Counted from the whole stretch's first letter, positions 40,388 through 53,761 are shown. The stretch: 63,616 nt of DNA, filler included, from Choristocarpus tenellus KU-1152 (GCA_964200185.2; 13 parts of 13 records of this genome joined end to end with filler, not necessarily neighbours in it); one strand, 5' to 3'. Numbers and translations: made by a program. The notes: generated from the letters alone by a model not told the origin.

Positions 40388-43300
40388 TCATTTTCACGGT
40401 CTAATCTGAGATGTTTGTGAGTCTTGTCCCAAAAACAGTAAAACCGCCAAACCAATTCCTCATACAATTCCACGAGGTGCTCCACAAGCGGGGAATGCTT
40501 GCTTTGCCTCTCTCATCAACAGGGTGACTGTTCTGCTCTGGGCACGTCTCAGGTGATGTAATTATAGTAATTACTCTTGTGCACGAAAGCTATTTCTTTC
40601 CTTGCCTATATCTATATATGTACATTATATCTGCTGATCTGCAGTCAAGACTGGGGCTGCCTTCCTTTAAAGTTGTGATGGCACGTGACCCAAAGTATCT
40701 GGGNNNNNNNNNNNNNNNNNNNNNNNNNNNNNNNNNNNNNNNNNNNNTTAATTAATTAANNNNNNNNNNNNNNNNNNNNNNNNNNNNNNNNNNNNNNNNN
40801 NNNCTGTCTCTTCATTCTTAAATTGTTTCTTCTACAGAATCTTCTTTTACACATGAATAAAAAACCATACTCTTAACACCACCCAACACCCCACATGTGC
40901 ATTAGGCCTTCTCTAATCGACTCTAGCCCATTGCCGTTATTTGTTTCCAACTTGTGTCTCAATCACACAATATCACTACCATCTCTCGTTCTTACACATG
41001 CGTTTATGCAAACCACACAACCAAAGACTCTATATATCTTGCACCAGCTCAGTCCACGTCTATACCTACCTGATCTTTGGCCTTGTCATTACACATCACC
41101 ACTGTCTTCGCTCTCATGCGCCATGACAAAATATTATTCCACCTTTCCTCTAATTCTGTGTAAATATATCATTAAGATCAATAGTAACTATTGATAGATT
41201 GAAGTAGCACATATTTGTAACTACTGTCAGTCTCCTTTCCCTTCTACTCCATACCTGTACGCCAACCATTGATTAGCACTATTGAGGCTTGGTTGGTCCA
41301 GAATGAGATTTGTTTCTATCCTGTTTTGCAGGGCCTTGGCCTGTGATGCCATCATCACAATTTTTGAGATCCCTGTGAGCCACCTTTAAGGCCGAAGTTA
41401 TGGACAAACTCCAAATGTACATACTTTGTTTGCTTAGCTCCATCAAACTTTACATAGTCAGGCACAGTGACCCCCGGCACACCCTATCCCTTCTACCCAG
41501 GCACAGCCTCCCCCGCGCCTTTCCTCCTGCACTCCGGAGCGCTGTCACAAGTAGCTACTTGGAGTTTCCTCCTACTCTCATGCACAGACCACATAGCACC
41601 TTGTGCCTTTTATCCTTGTGCTCTTTGAGCACTTGTCGTAGATCTTCCTCTCTTTTCTCCTCAGCACAGACCCTCCCTGCGCTGTTCCCTTCCTCCCAGG
41701 GCCACTGGAGCAGATTGGCTATCTCCTTACGAAGTTTGCCTTCATTTTTCCCCCTTGGCAGAAACCATACCTTTCACCCACACAGTGTTCCCTGTAGTAC
41801 CCCAATCTGACCATAGAAGGTTGGGACTAGCCCACCATGGTTGTTGCAAGTGAGATACAGGAGTATCCATTAGCAATGTTGCAACACGATCATCTGAGTG
41901 CGTGTGGTTCTGTTGACAAAGCATTAGGAAACGGTTCCCTGTGAGGTGTAGGCACACTAAGGAAGAGTATATTCGCCACATGTTGGTCGCAGGACCAGAA
42001 ACAAACACAGCAACAAAAATGGAATGTACACTACACTCCCCCCTCTGTCCCTTTAATTGATAAGAGTGTGAACCTTGCAGCTCCCACTGCCAACATTTTT
42101 CCCACATTGAAAGGTCTGCTAAACGGAAGTTACCCCATGTGCTCACATCGACCTTGACTGAAACCCTTATGTTGTCCATTTTCAGTGGCAGGAGGTAGAT
42201 TGGAATAGTTTTCATTGGGACGATTGCCACCAAATCACACTTTCTGGCTCCTTAAAAGGGGCTCATCACACTACTATTAATAGTGGTATATCATGGAACA
42301 TGAGTGGACTCTCATGGGAAGCATGGGGGGAATGTGACCCGTAGTGTTCCTAAGAATGGATACTTGGGACCTCGATTTGGGTGCGTTTTTGCTCAAGAAT
42401 ATCAGCGTTACACTGAGTCAATGATGCCACAGTGTCTTGGTGAGGGCAGCACAAAAAAATTCAGGTTGTGGACAAGCCAGGTTACCTTTGAGTTTATAGC
42501 CTGTTGCTTGAGATGTAGAATGACTTGAGGAAGGGAAGACTTCAAACTGATCAGGTTGAATCTCACCACTTCCCTCTCAAGATCAGAGGAGTGCAAAAAG
42601 GTCTAGTCCACGCAAACTTGCACTGAGAAAAAGGATGACTCAAGGAAAGAGAGGGATAGTGTTGGGCAGTGAACAGGAACAGGTGTAATTCCAAAAAATA
42701 GGCAACACTGCAAACTGATTACCCCAGACCAAATTATCTTGTTGTGTCCACAGTTCACCCAGGTGTACCCCCTGGCAATTACTCACATTGTTCTTCACCC
42801 TGTCTTGTCCACTTTATAGTTATGCTTGCACTCGCAGTATAGCAGACTATGATTGGCACAAACCTTCATACCACCTGTGCCACATCCTCAGTGCCATTCC
42901 TGCCACTACGACACATTCCTGACCCGTCCCACTTCCTAGGAACAAGAACAATTGGGTTGAAAAATCACCTGCGCTCCATCCTTCCTCTTGGAAGAATGAA
43001 AACACAAGAAGCAATACACTTGCTCTTGTTCCTGGAAATTGAGAAAAGCCAGGAACATGTCGGAGTGATGATGGTGACATTGGAATGACCACCGAAATGT
43101 ATCGGGATGAAGATTCATGGTAAAAAAAGGGTTCTGCCAATCACAGTCTGCAATACTGTGAGTCTTTTGTGTGTGATGCGAAAGTGGATAAGAAAGGGTG
43201 AACAACAACCCAAGCAGTGGTGGGTGGAGGGCACACCTTGGTGAAATATGTACTTGACAAGTACTCATTCAATGGGGAGGAAGCAATTTGTGGTGTCCAT

Positions 43301-44664
43301 TGCCTACCGTTTTGAGTCAATATATGTGCAAGGTGTGTACCTGCTCCAATCCACCGCCCTTACCTTCAATTTAAAGACAAAGAAGTGCCTATGAAACTTG
43401 ATTATTAATGACACTCCACACACAAATTAGTAAGAGAAATATCTACAAACAAAACACTCAATACTTCACATCCAAGGGCAAACACAAGGTACACACTCAG
43501 AACACAATACACTCTTGGGTGAGGAAAAGAAGAGGCGAAATTCAGTGTCGATATAGACTACCAACTAACCATGGGACTACATTCCACGTAACAATCAAAC
43601 AAAACATCGCGATACACAAAAATACACCCACATGCTTCAGGATTAAGTAGACTTTGAAGCTTCTCATCATTCCAGGTCACGTCAAACTCAGACATATAGG
43701 CAAGATCAAAGCTTGTCTGCTCAAGGCAAATAAAATCAGTTTTTAACTCAAGCCAGTAAATCAGTGGATATACATAATGTGAACATGGTAAAAACTATCA
43801 TGTACGTGCCTTCCATCATAATTATTGTTAAAGCTGCTGAATTTGCGCCACACCATCCAACCTTCACTACATCACTACACGCTTGTAGCACTATTTTAAT
43901 GCAACTTGATCTTGGCTGCATAAATTTTCACGAACATTCCAATCTATAGTGCACATAATACATTGTTGTGATAAGAGTGACGGCATAAACAGAGCAGGCA
44001 AGTCAGAATTCAAACTCTACGAATTTGTCCAAAACAAAAAAGAAAACAGGTACTTATGGTGCGCTGTGTCACTGCACACTGCTCCCAACAGTCGAACAAT
44101 CATCCCTGTTCCCAAGTCCACTTTGCCAATTGACCGGCCAAAATACACAAAAACCCATTGCCTGCAACATTTACAGGGCTTTCACACACCCTTCCATGTT
44201 GGAGACACCCCTACAGGTGTATAACCCCTAACCTTTTCTACCTTATCACTGGAATCAACTTCTCAAGGGTAACAGATAACAAATCGAGTGCACACCAATA
44301 AAGACTATAAATTAATATAAATTAATATCAGGGACTTTGAAATAGTCAAGAATGCGCATTGCAGAATATAGATCAATACCTCATACCATACACAACTCCC
44401 ATGTCGTCACCACAAAATCTCTACTAACTACTTCATGCAACATACTCCAAAACACAGAAGGTCAAAACAAGGGTTAGGGATACCATCTCACACCTTTCCT
44501 CCAGGTGCAGGGGGGGGGCATAGAACCGCTCCTTCAGAGGCCGTCAAGCCATGCCCAAGTTGCTTCTGTCCATGCTGCCAATACTATTCACAATTGCATC
44601 CTTTTCATATCCAGATCCTTGACTTCACATAACCAGTTGGTGCCACAACAGCCACCCCAGGCAA

Positions 44665-47121
44665 CTATCCATCATGCCCCATGATGGCCTTCATTACTGC
44701 CTGTCGGTGCACTTCTTTGCATACTGTACATCCGGCCAGAAAAGGTCTCACCAGACTGTCCACTCGCTGTGATGCGGGTGCATCATGCCAGCGGAAAAAT
44801 GACAAAAGTGCCTCCTCATCTGCAGTCACACTCTTCAGATATTCTGCAAGGTCCTTTGGGGAAGGATAGTCCAAGACACTGATGTGTGCAGGGCTGTCAC
44901 CCTCTTGTGCGGGTGAGAACTGCGCAATATTTGGTGCTCCCAGGTACACAGGAATGGACCCTCTCGACAGGGGTTGATAAAATTTCTCCGTTACATAATC
45001 GTCATCAATGGAGTTCTCGAATGCCAAGGTAAACTTATATCTTTTTTTTTTAGTTTGTCAAGGAGGAGACAAAAATTGAAGGCACAGGGGATTGAGGTGT
45101 CAGTTGATGAATAGCAAATAGTTATCATATGCTTCAGGCGACAACAAGAGGGAAAGCAAACATAGCCACCAAGATAGGCTACTTTAGGCAGGTGGCTTAA
45201 CTTATGTGTGTTTTCTGGGTTGCAGTACCAGGAAATAGATATTATCTTGATGTCTAAGAAGGTGATAGTTCACACATTATCACATTGATCATCTGCAGAG
45301 TCACAAACTTATAGCTACGATTGCTTTCTTGAGTGCTGGAGCTGACTACAATAAAAAAACAAGGATCACGCCATGAACACACAAATTCCAGCATGGCCCT
45401 CACCTCTTGATGATGCATGGCTTCTGATGATAACGCTGGCATGATATCAGAGAAGACTTTGTTGAGTTCTCCGAGTTGCACCTGCACTCCGGAAACATTT
45501 CGTCTGCATCTGCATTGTTGAGGCATGGTCCAAAGGAGTCCACAGCAACATGCTTCATCAACTCCTGTACATAGTCGTCCCTCCCATTGGTGGTGCTCAA
45601 ACAGTTTGACTGCAGATACACAACAGGTGTGACATGCCGCTCATTCAAGGGGACCCAGTTGCTTTTAACACCTGACAAGATGTTGGAAACAGGCACAACA
45701 TAATTGGAGGTCCAGGAAGGGGTAGCCCCCGTAGACACATTGAGGTGGTACGAACCAAACACATCAAACCATCGTTGAAACCACTCCAGCCTCTGCTGTG
45801 GAAACCTTGGGTCACTCTCGGTTGAATAATAACCCACAACAGAGTTGGCATAATCGCGCTTCGTATTTCGTATGCCTTCGACTGGAACCCGATGACCAAG
45901 AAAGCGACCCGCATAACGATGTCCAAACACAGATGCCTTCCCTCTCACAGCATTACCTACTTCAATCGTGCACTGAATTACTTGTGCCGTAACATTGTTA
46001 CCACTATCATCATCTATTGGGCAGCTAAATTCCCCTCTGGGCATCGCAGCAGTCCTCTGGTCAATCATCACATGAAACGGTAGAGATGTATCAACTAAGC
46101 TCGTGCTGTTACCGTCTTCACGACAAAATTTGCGAAGTTCCATATACGGCTCTGGTGAGCTCCAGTTGCCCAGGGTTTCGTCAAGAACATCCTGAGGAGG
46201 GCTCACTTCCACTGTGTGCAGAGCCTTTCCAGTTGACTCAGCATATGATGACATGGCCACGTCCAACACTCCGTGCTTGCAATTGGTGTCATCAACCGCT
46301 ATACTTTGGCAGTGCTCTATGACCGTACTAGCCCACGTATTCACGAAAGTAGCCGTTTCTGGGTGCTTGCTGGAACAGCCCATCCACCCCCCTATGATTC
46401 CCGAATCTAGAACTTCGGAGTTGGGGGAGGACCTGATGAGGACACACCCATGGGATGTTGCAAGGGACAGTACATCGCTGGGATGATGACGAAAAACTTG
46501 ACCATGTTCCATGTAGAGTAACACGGAATTTTCTGGGAGATTGCGCAATACCCTTTACAGGCACGATCAAAGGGGTGGTTAGGCAGGCAGTGCACGAAAG
46601 GGTCAGGACGGCACATAGCATAGAGATTTCAAATTTGAAAGTGCATGGGGTGTCGATGCTTACCTCTGCATTACCAGGGGCTGCAGGCCCGAAGCATCTT
46701 CTTGCGATGTCGGCAGATGTTTATTGAGAATTACTCTGGTGTTGCACAGTCGCCGCAACGTCTGTATGTCCTGATCGACTAGCCCCGTATCATACACAAT
46801 AATTGGGGTACTGTTTGCAAGCCACACATGGACTGAGCCTATAAGTTTCAGAACATCCCCCAAGTTCTGTGAACTGCCTGTGGTAACAACAACCGCAAGC
46901 GGCTCCTGGTCATCCCCGGCCTCCATCGCTGCAAGATTTCGTATTCGTCCCCAGGTTGAAAAAGGATCAACCGTGGATTTCACCACAACAACTGGGGCAC
47001 CCCATAACTTGACTATGTTGACATATAACGTAACCCACACTGACACCAAGCACAGAAGTCCAACCAACCAGCGCATATACGGCCGCCTCCAACCAGCCCT
47101 TCCTTCCCGTGCAGTCTCCAT
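44665..47121 (-). CDS. Type II membrane fucosyltransferase, CAZy GT10 (FUT10/11-like), with an extra N-terminal DUF1647/GT-A-like domain; 660 aa (678 aa from the upstream ATG at 47175)
   Basis: Phase-2 GT-AG introns join exons 47121-46664, 46552-45404 and 45040-44665 (1983 nt). The TM segment is WLVGLLCLVSVWVTLYVNIV. GT10 motifs are VVYLQSNC...RDDYVQELMKHVAVDSFGPCLNN and RYKFTLAFENSIDDDYVTEKFYQPLSRGSIPVYLGAPNI. Confidence 0.92.
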
Positions 47122-47539
47122 TTGTGTCGTCTCTCCCCACAACCTTTGAGATATACCGGGGATTAGTCCTATCATCGAAGGTCCAACTTGGAAGTAAATA
47201 CAAAGTCATAATTGATCCGAGAGAGTATCATGAGAGTGGAGAGAGGAGAGTGGATCCCAAATAAAATACGGTATGAATTTTGTATGGAATTCAGTCCATA
47301 ATCATTTAAAGTTATCGACAGAACATCCCAAACACATTCTTCACCCTAACCCTAGCCGTTGAGGAATGGGTTGAGGTACTAGAACCTTAACACACCCAAT
47401 CACACCTTTAAAGGACGAAATAGCAAGTGTTTCAGTCTTAATGACTTCAACAGGATTGATGTAATGTTGGCCACCAATACGAGTCTCTAACCTTATCGAA
47501 CGTGGGTTTGAAACCTAAGTGACCTCCAGACAATGCATG

Positions 47540-48900
47540 ATCGTGACAAGCATGGAGTACCAGACGGACTAACGAGTGAGGAACGACCAATTGGTCTCTA
47601 AACGTGCTCCTCTTACGAAGGTGGCCTGGTAATTACGAGCGATACAGTAAGCCATTACGAAGGAAAAAATACGATATAGACGTCGTCGATTCCTTATCAG
47701 GCAGTGGGGCGACGTTGGGGGACTGCAAATACCTGAAATATGGTCCGAACTCGGATTCCTGCTCCTTGCGCAATTGCTCCTGGTCCACTGAAGGAAACAC
47801 GGTAGTGGAACTAGTAAATAGTTCACGATCACTTTGGACGGGCGTTGCTTGGTCAAGGTTAGAAGCAGATAACTCATACTCCTTCTGAACACGTGTGGTA
47901 AAGGCACGACTACCTTCAGGCACATTACGACAGATTGGTGCCAGCATTGGAGAAACAGATTTCTCTTGTTCCTCAAACTTGAAAATACGAGATAGAGTAT
48001 CAGGTATAACATTGAGCTTACCGGGCTTGTGCTTGACCGTAAAATCATACGCTTGAAGAGCAATAGCCCAACGGGTAAGCATGTTACTGGTATCCTGCAT
48101 TCTATACAAGCAACACAATGCGGCATGATCTGTGATGCAGGTGAAGTGTCTACCCCAAAGATACGGTCGACAATGCGTGATGGCCGTAACGACTGCATAA
48201 CACTCTCTTAATGTAGCTGAATAATGACGTTGAGTTTCATTAAATTTCTTGCTGAAGTATGCAATGATACCTAGGTCTGCAGGATTATCGGATCGAGGTT
48301 GTGCTAAAAACTCTCCAGCACCACTCTCACTGGCGAGTGAAAGTATCTTTGAGGGTACGAACTTTGCCCTGTTTGTCCATTTGGCGCTTGGCTTCCCATG
48401 GGTCCATTTATGACATTTTCCTAGTCCAAAATGGCTAGGAGTAGGTAAAGTGCTTTATGTTATAAAAAGGTGTGCCCAGAACATGGATATTGACACTCCC
48501 TAACAACGCAATAGCCTAAATTACATCAAAATCGCAACATTGAATATTTCCCCCCAAATGGACGCGACTCTACCCTCTAAGATACATTGGCTCTGGCATC
48601 AACATGGATGATGAATTCTTTGGTAAAGTCAGGGAACACGAGAACCGGGGCAGCAGTGAGTAATTGTTTTACTTCAAAAAATGCCACGTCCTGGTCCAAT
48701 CCCCATTCTTTATCTCTTATTGACACATTTCTTAGTGAGAAGAACTAACGGTTCGATTACTGTGGCTAAGTTGGGTACGAATTTACGCACAAAATTTATC
48801 ATACCTAGGACAGATCGAAGTACTTTCATGGTGGTGGGTTTGGGTAATTCGGTAATCGCACGGACACGATCCTCACCAATACGAATTGTGCAAATTACCT
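47540..48900 (-). mobile_element. Ty3/gypsy pol remnant (RT thumb, connection and RNase H)
   Basis: RVRAITELPKPTTMKVLRSVLGMINFVRKFVPNLA; APVLVFPDFTKEFIIHVDA|SESGAG; IAYFSKKFNETQRHYSATLREC; TDHAALCCL...LTRWAIALQAYDFTVKHKPGKLNVIPDTLSR. Confidence 0.9.
48335..48593 (-). mobile_element. MITE family B inserted in the gypsy RNase H, 4-bp TSD TGGC
   Basis: TGGC at 48331-48334 and 48594-48597. Removing the element plus one TSD restores in-frame HVDASESG. Confidence 0.93.
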
Positions 48901-51808
48901 TGGGAGGTAATGCCATTTGTTAGTAGTGAAGATAAGAAGGTGTGAAGCCTCACACGACNNNNNNNNNNNNNNNNNNNNNNNNNNNNNNNNNNNNNNNNNN
49001 NNTTAATTAATTAANNNNNNNNNNNNNNNNNNNNNNNNNNNNNNNNNNNNNNNNNNNNCCCCCTCCCAGATACTTTGGGTCCGTATATGTCGCTGGTGCA
49101 GTCTAGAGACCTTTCTTTTTGTCGGAACATGAAAATACTTCAGCACATCATCAGGTACATTGATCTATCATGATCTATCAGGTGGATTAACAACCAATAA
49201 TGTAGATGGAGGACTTTGCCTATCATCCCCATCCAAAATGGGTCATCAAGTAGATTCCCCTGCCGGGCCAGCCCAAACAGAGCTCTGTCCTTCAACCAAT
49301 TGGTCCTGTTTATGGATGAGTACATGCTGCATGTTTTGGTATGTGGATCAAATGTGCAACTATCTCCACAGACAGACAGACGTAACAGCCTTACCGAGAC
49401 CACGCGTTTCCGTGTCCTCCAAAACAAAGTCACAGTTAGTATGATAAATATATTGAAAGGAGCTATGGTGAGGGAGTGAACGACGTAGCATCTACTAATT
49501 TCTCATCAATGATCATCAGGGCCGGACCAGGCACCAGTCCAACCAGTTATATAGTCCAGTTTCCTGCTGGTCAGGTGTAAGGCCCGCACTTCATTCAGTT
49601 GGAGTACAGGTTTCTAGGAAACGACCACCAACTAGGAACCTTAGCTGGAAATGGCCTTCAACCATATCTTAGTCCTGTTTGGAACTCTGGCTGTACCTTA
49701 GCCTGGGTCTATAAATGGAGTTTTGTTTTTGTTAGACGTGGAAGATGAGATAGGAAATTTGGAGAGATCGTAGGAGTACGACACACAAACTCATTTTTTT
49801 ATTTCTTGCCCAATAATGCCTATAAAAACGGACAACGCATTCTGGGATAAGATGATTGAATACAGTAAGAGTTTAACTTTCAACTTCCTCCTTGAAGTTT
49901 GAACTAGGTTTGCATATTTTGAGGGTTCTGTGACACATGTACCCTGAAAAACAACAAATAGTACAGGTTGAAGGATATACCTCCAACAACCAGATCCCCA
50001 TAAAATACGTAATATGTCACAGTAAAATACATAAATAAGGGTAACCCTAATCCAAACCCTAACCCTCCCCCAAGAAGTCATACGAAATATGCTTGAATTA
50101 TTGTTTTACGACCCTTTCGTCTCTTCATCCAAGTCCTCAGTCCTCAAACGAATACGATGGTGTGCGCTATCATTCTATACGTGTATTGACCAACGTCAAA
50201 GGTACTAATGTTTGGTCATACATTAATGAATGAAATGGCTATAAAAAGTGGCGAAGGCAAAGGGACTTACTTTACTATATCTGATGAGATTAGTGACAAG
50301 ATTAATTTCAGCAATCAGAAGGGTCACCCATTATTTCAATTTTTTAAATATAGTATAGAATCTAGAGTTCTCTTTCACTTCCGATTTCTCAGATTTCCCA
50401 TCTATCTCATCTTTTCATCTCACCAAAAAAAACTCTCTGTACTTTAGAGGTCTAACAATCATAGAACTATCTCCACAAAAACTAGAAAGTTTCCCCCCTT
50501 CTTTCCACAATTCGAGAGTATCCAAAGAGCATATATAATAGTAGCATGTAGAATCGAGTAAGTAGTGCAGCAAAAAAGCTATAAATGTTGGATAGCTATT
50601 GCTTGACGGATCTCCTTTGGTAATTCTACTTCTACCCAATAACGTACGGCATAGTGAACTAGGTCCAACCATACCGTTTATATCACAAATTAGTCGAAGC
50701 AGTCACCAAGTTCAGGTTCAACCTGCTAGTGTGAACCAAAGTAAACAAGAGGTTGCAGTTTAAAGACGCTGACAAATATGTGAAAAATTCGACTTATTGT
50801 ACAAATAAATGTTTAGAAGGGAATTTCCTCAATTCTGTAGAAAGTTTTCAAACAGGAGAGAAATCGATGCTGTGAAGTCGATCTTAGCGCCTCATCCATG
50901 GAAATAAGGGTGAAATGAGAAGGATGAAGAAAAGGCATCAAATACGAAACAGCCAAAACCTGGGTACCACTTGTCTACTTCGGCTCTGCAGTGCTCTAGG
51001 TAGTACCTGTAAAAATCATTAACTATGAATAATAAGGAGAAACGCTCTTGACAACCACAACGACAAATAATAAAAAATAAAGGGGTGGAGAAAAAGAAGT
51101 GCGGAAAAAAAAAGTCGTAACATGCATGCACCTGCCAGTGTATGTGGCGGTGGTAGTGTTGGCAGTTGTACTGGTAATAGCAATTGAGAGGTAGAGGAGG
51201 TTGCATTTATTATATCCTGAGAAATGGCACAAAGACGACATTTTCTACACAATTGTAGAAATAGTCTTGTCTGAGTTGTGGTGTCACTTTGCGCGCGCAT
51301 GTGTGTGTTGAAAGGGAGAAATATCCATATTATGTACAAGGAATATATATATATATATGTTTTGTGCACATGTACGTATGTAATACGACCCAAACTTACC
51401 GACCTCTTAAATTGATTTTGCTCTAAGTAGTAATAGTAATCGGGATGGAACACAATTAAACACACGTTCACACACAACATGCAGTGTGGTTATGACAGGC
51501 ATCATCATGGTCACAGAGTGAGGTAGGTACATGCCTTAGAAATTCTAATAGGACGCACACACGCTCACCATATATGGTTGGTACTATTTTGGGACTCATT
51601 TTAACAAGCTTTCCACCAGCGAAACACTACACCACACATCAGAAAAAAAATCCACTTTTGATCCCTCCAACAGAAATGAATAGACTAAAAAAAAACACTT
51701 CTAGGAGATCGCACTCTGGGTTTCAAAGAGTCTGAATTCAAAAGATCCTCTCTTGATAGTGAAGGAAACAAGTGCCGGATAATCCACAGAAGTATAAGAA
51801 CGTGTTTT

Positions 51809-53761
51809 TCACTGCATAGGCACATTATTGGGTGTGGATGGTACTGCTTGCAATGCCCGTCCAATATCTCTGTACTCATCCAGGCATTCAGGGTTGACCA
51901 GTGCAGACTCATTGTTGATTGGCTCGCCATGGATAATCTTGGTGACGGCAATCTCTACCTACAAATGGAAGGTGTTACCGTTGGCATTAGTGTTAGGGTT
52001 AGGTGCACACTATACAGGAGATCAGTAAGCACATTTTGTAACTCTATGTGGGACGAATTGTGACCAGTGTGATGTGTTGAAACTCCAGAGAAATTTCCTG
52101 CCCTGCACCTAAGAATACAAGGATGGATATCTTTGTGGCGGGGTCTTAGCACAGTTCACCTCTAGTGTGAGTGTAGAGAGCTACACAGAAAAGCAGGGCA
52201 GAAATGTCAGAAAGCAAGGTTGAGTTAGGCCAGCTGACTTAGAGAGTGCAGTTGTCTTATCCACCACTACTGCAGAAAAATCTATCGGTGGGGTGGTTGA
52301 AACTTTGTGGTTGTGCCCTTGCATCTGTACCAGTACTGACATAAAATACACCAAGGAGTTGGCACATCCAAACAACCACAGAGTCGAAGCAGGCACTATC
52401 ATGTTGATCATTACCATCAGTACACTCGAACTACTATAGGTTCTACTTCATAGTGCCCCAAAACAAAGAAGTTGACTTGCACATACAGATTCAAATAGTA
52501 CAATCATGTATGTCTAATGCAGTGTGTGTTCCTTGTATTTCTTGCAACTTTAAACTTCAACCCTGAGACAGCACACGCTCCTGAGTACAAAATAGTATCC
52601 CTGCACTCCAAACCTTTTGATTTGACTGCTCAAAGGCCCTTCCAAAACAATACTACCCAAGGACAAAACCTATCAATAATCGAAGATAGGTGCATAAACC
52701 GACACCCCACAAATGAACACAAAAAAACTCGGTGTGAGTGTCATTCGAGCCAACCATACCCTAACCCTCAAACTTCAACTTCACAGAAAAACTCACCACC
52801 ATACCCTAACCCTCACAATATCCCCACCTCTGTCTTGCTCCCATGTACTAATGTAACAGTTCAAAGCAAAAGAGCACAAAGTACTATCAACCACAAAAAA
52901 ACATGATAAAAACTAGAGTGACATGGGCCTGACCTTCTTCCCACTTCGTGTGTAAGGTACATCCGAGACACTGATGACTCTTCTAGGTACATGACGTGAA
53001 GTCAACCCTGCCTTGATTGCTTGTTTGATGCGTCCAGAGAGGCCATCATCCACAACCCTTACGCCCTGCCCGATGTGGGAGTTGCCGCAAGATAGCAGGA
53101 AGGCGACAGGGAAACAGCACAACCAAGCCAAAAAATAAAAAAGAGGAGGCGAAATACGGACGGCATAGTGACAATTGCCAAAAAAAAGGTGGATAGGAGG
53201 GAAAGGAAGAAAAAAGGTACAATGAATTTAAAAAAAGTGAATTGCAGTGTTGTAAAATAATGGAAGGCGTAACAGGTAGGGGTAAGAGCAGGCAGGATGG
53301 GTATTGGGATTAGAAGGTCAAGGACTCCTAATGAGATGAAAGGAACACATTTGTGAGCAGTTGGTAGTAGTGCTGACTGTTCTGGATAGAAAGCACTTCT
53401 TGTAAAAGAAATGTGGGTTTGTTTCTCGCTGTTGAAAAGATTTACAGAAGAGCAGACACCTGACATGTGCTGCATACCAACTTCCACTGTTTATTGGCAA
53501 TAAAAGAGATCGAGACCAAGCATCAGGTACATAACATATACCATGGTGACTAACTTTGAACTGTACTCACAAATGACAGGGTAGAGGTGATCCAAGGAAT
53601 TAAATGGGTTGTCCCATTCATTCAAGCAACACCCGTACCTGCTGCAACCCACAGTGGTCAGCATCCCCTCCTGCCAGTTTGACAAAGAGCACCACCTCCA
53701 CATCTCCACCAGTCCTCAGCCCCACAGCCACAGAGTCTTCTACCTCAGGCATGAGCTCCAC
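51809..53761 (-). CDS. AACS: Acetoacetyl-CoA synthetase (acetoacetate-CoA ligase), last three exons
   Basis: Phase-0 exons: 53761-53639 (VELMPEVEDSVAVG...VVLFVKL), 53065-52934 (IKAGLTSRHVPRRVISVSDVPYTRSGKK) and 51958-51809 (VEIAVTKIIHGEPINNESALVNPECLDEY...*). These contain the adenylate-forming A10 motif PxTxSGKK and an AACS-type NPExL tail. Confidence 0.9.

Noticed and set aside
16676-53761. Apparent gene cluster (DXS plus AACS as an isoprenoid cluster; GBF1 plus fucosyltransferase as a Golgi cluster)
   Set aside because: Each gene is on a different contig, so the adjacency comes from concatenation.
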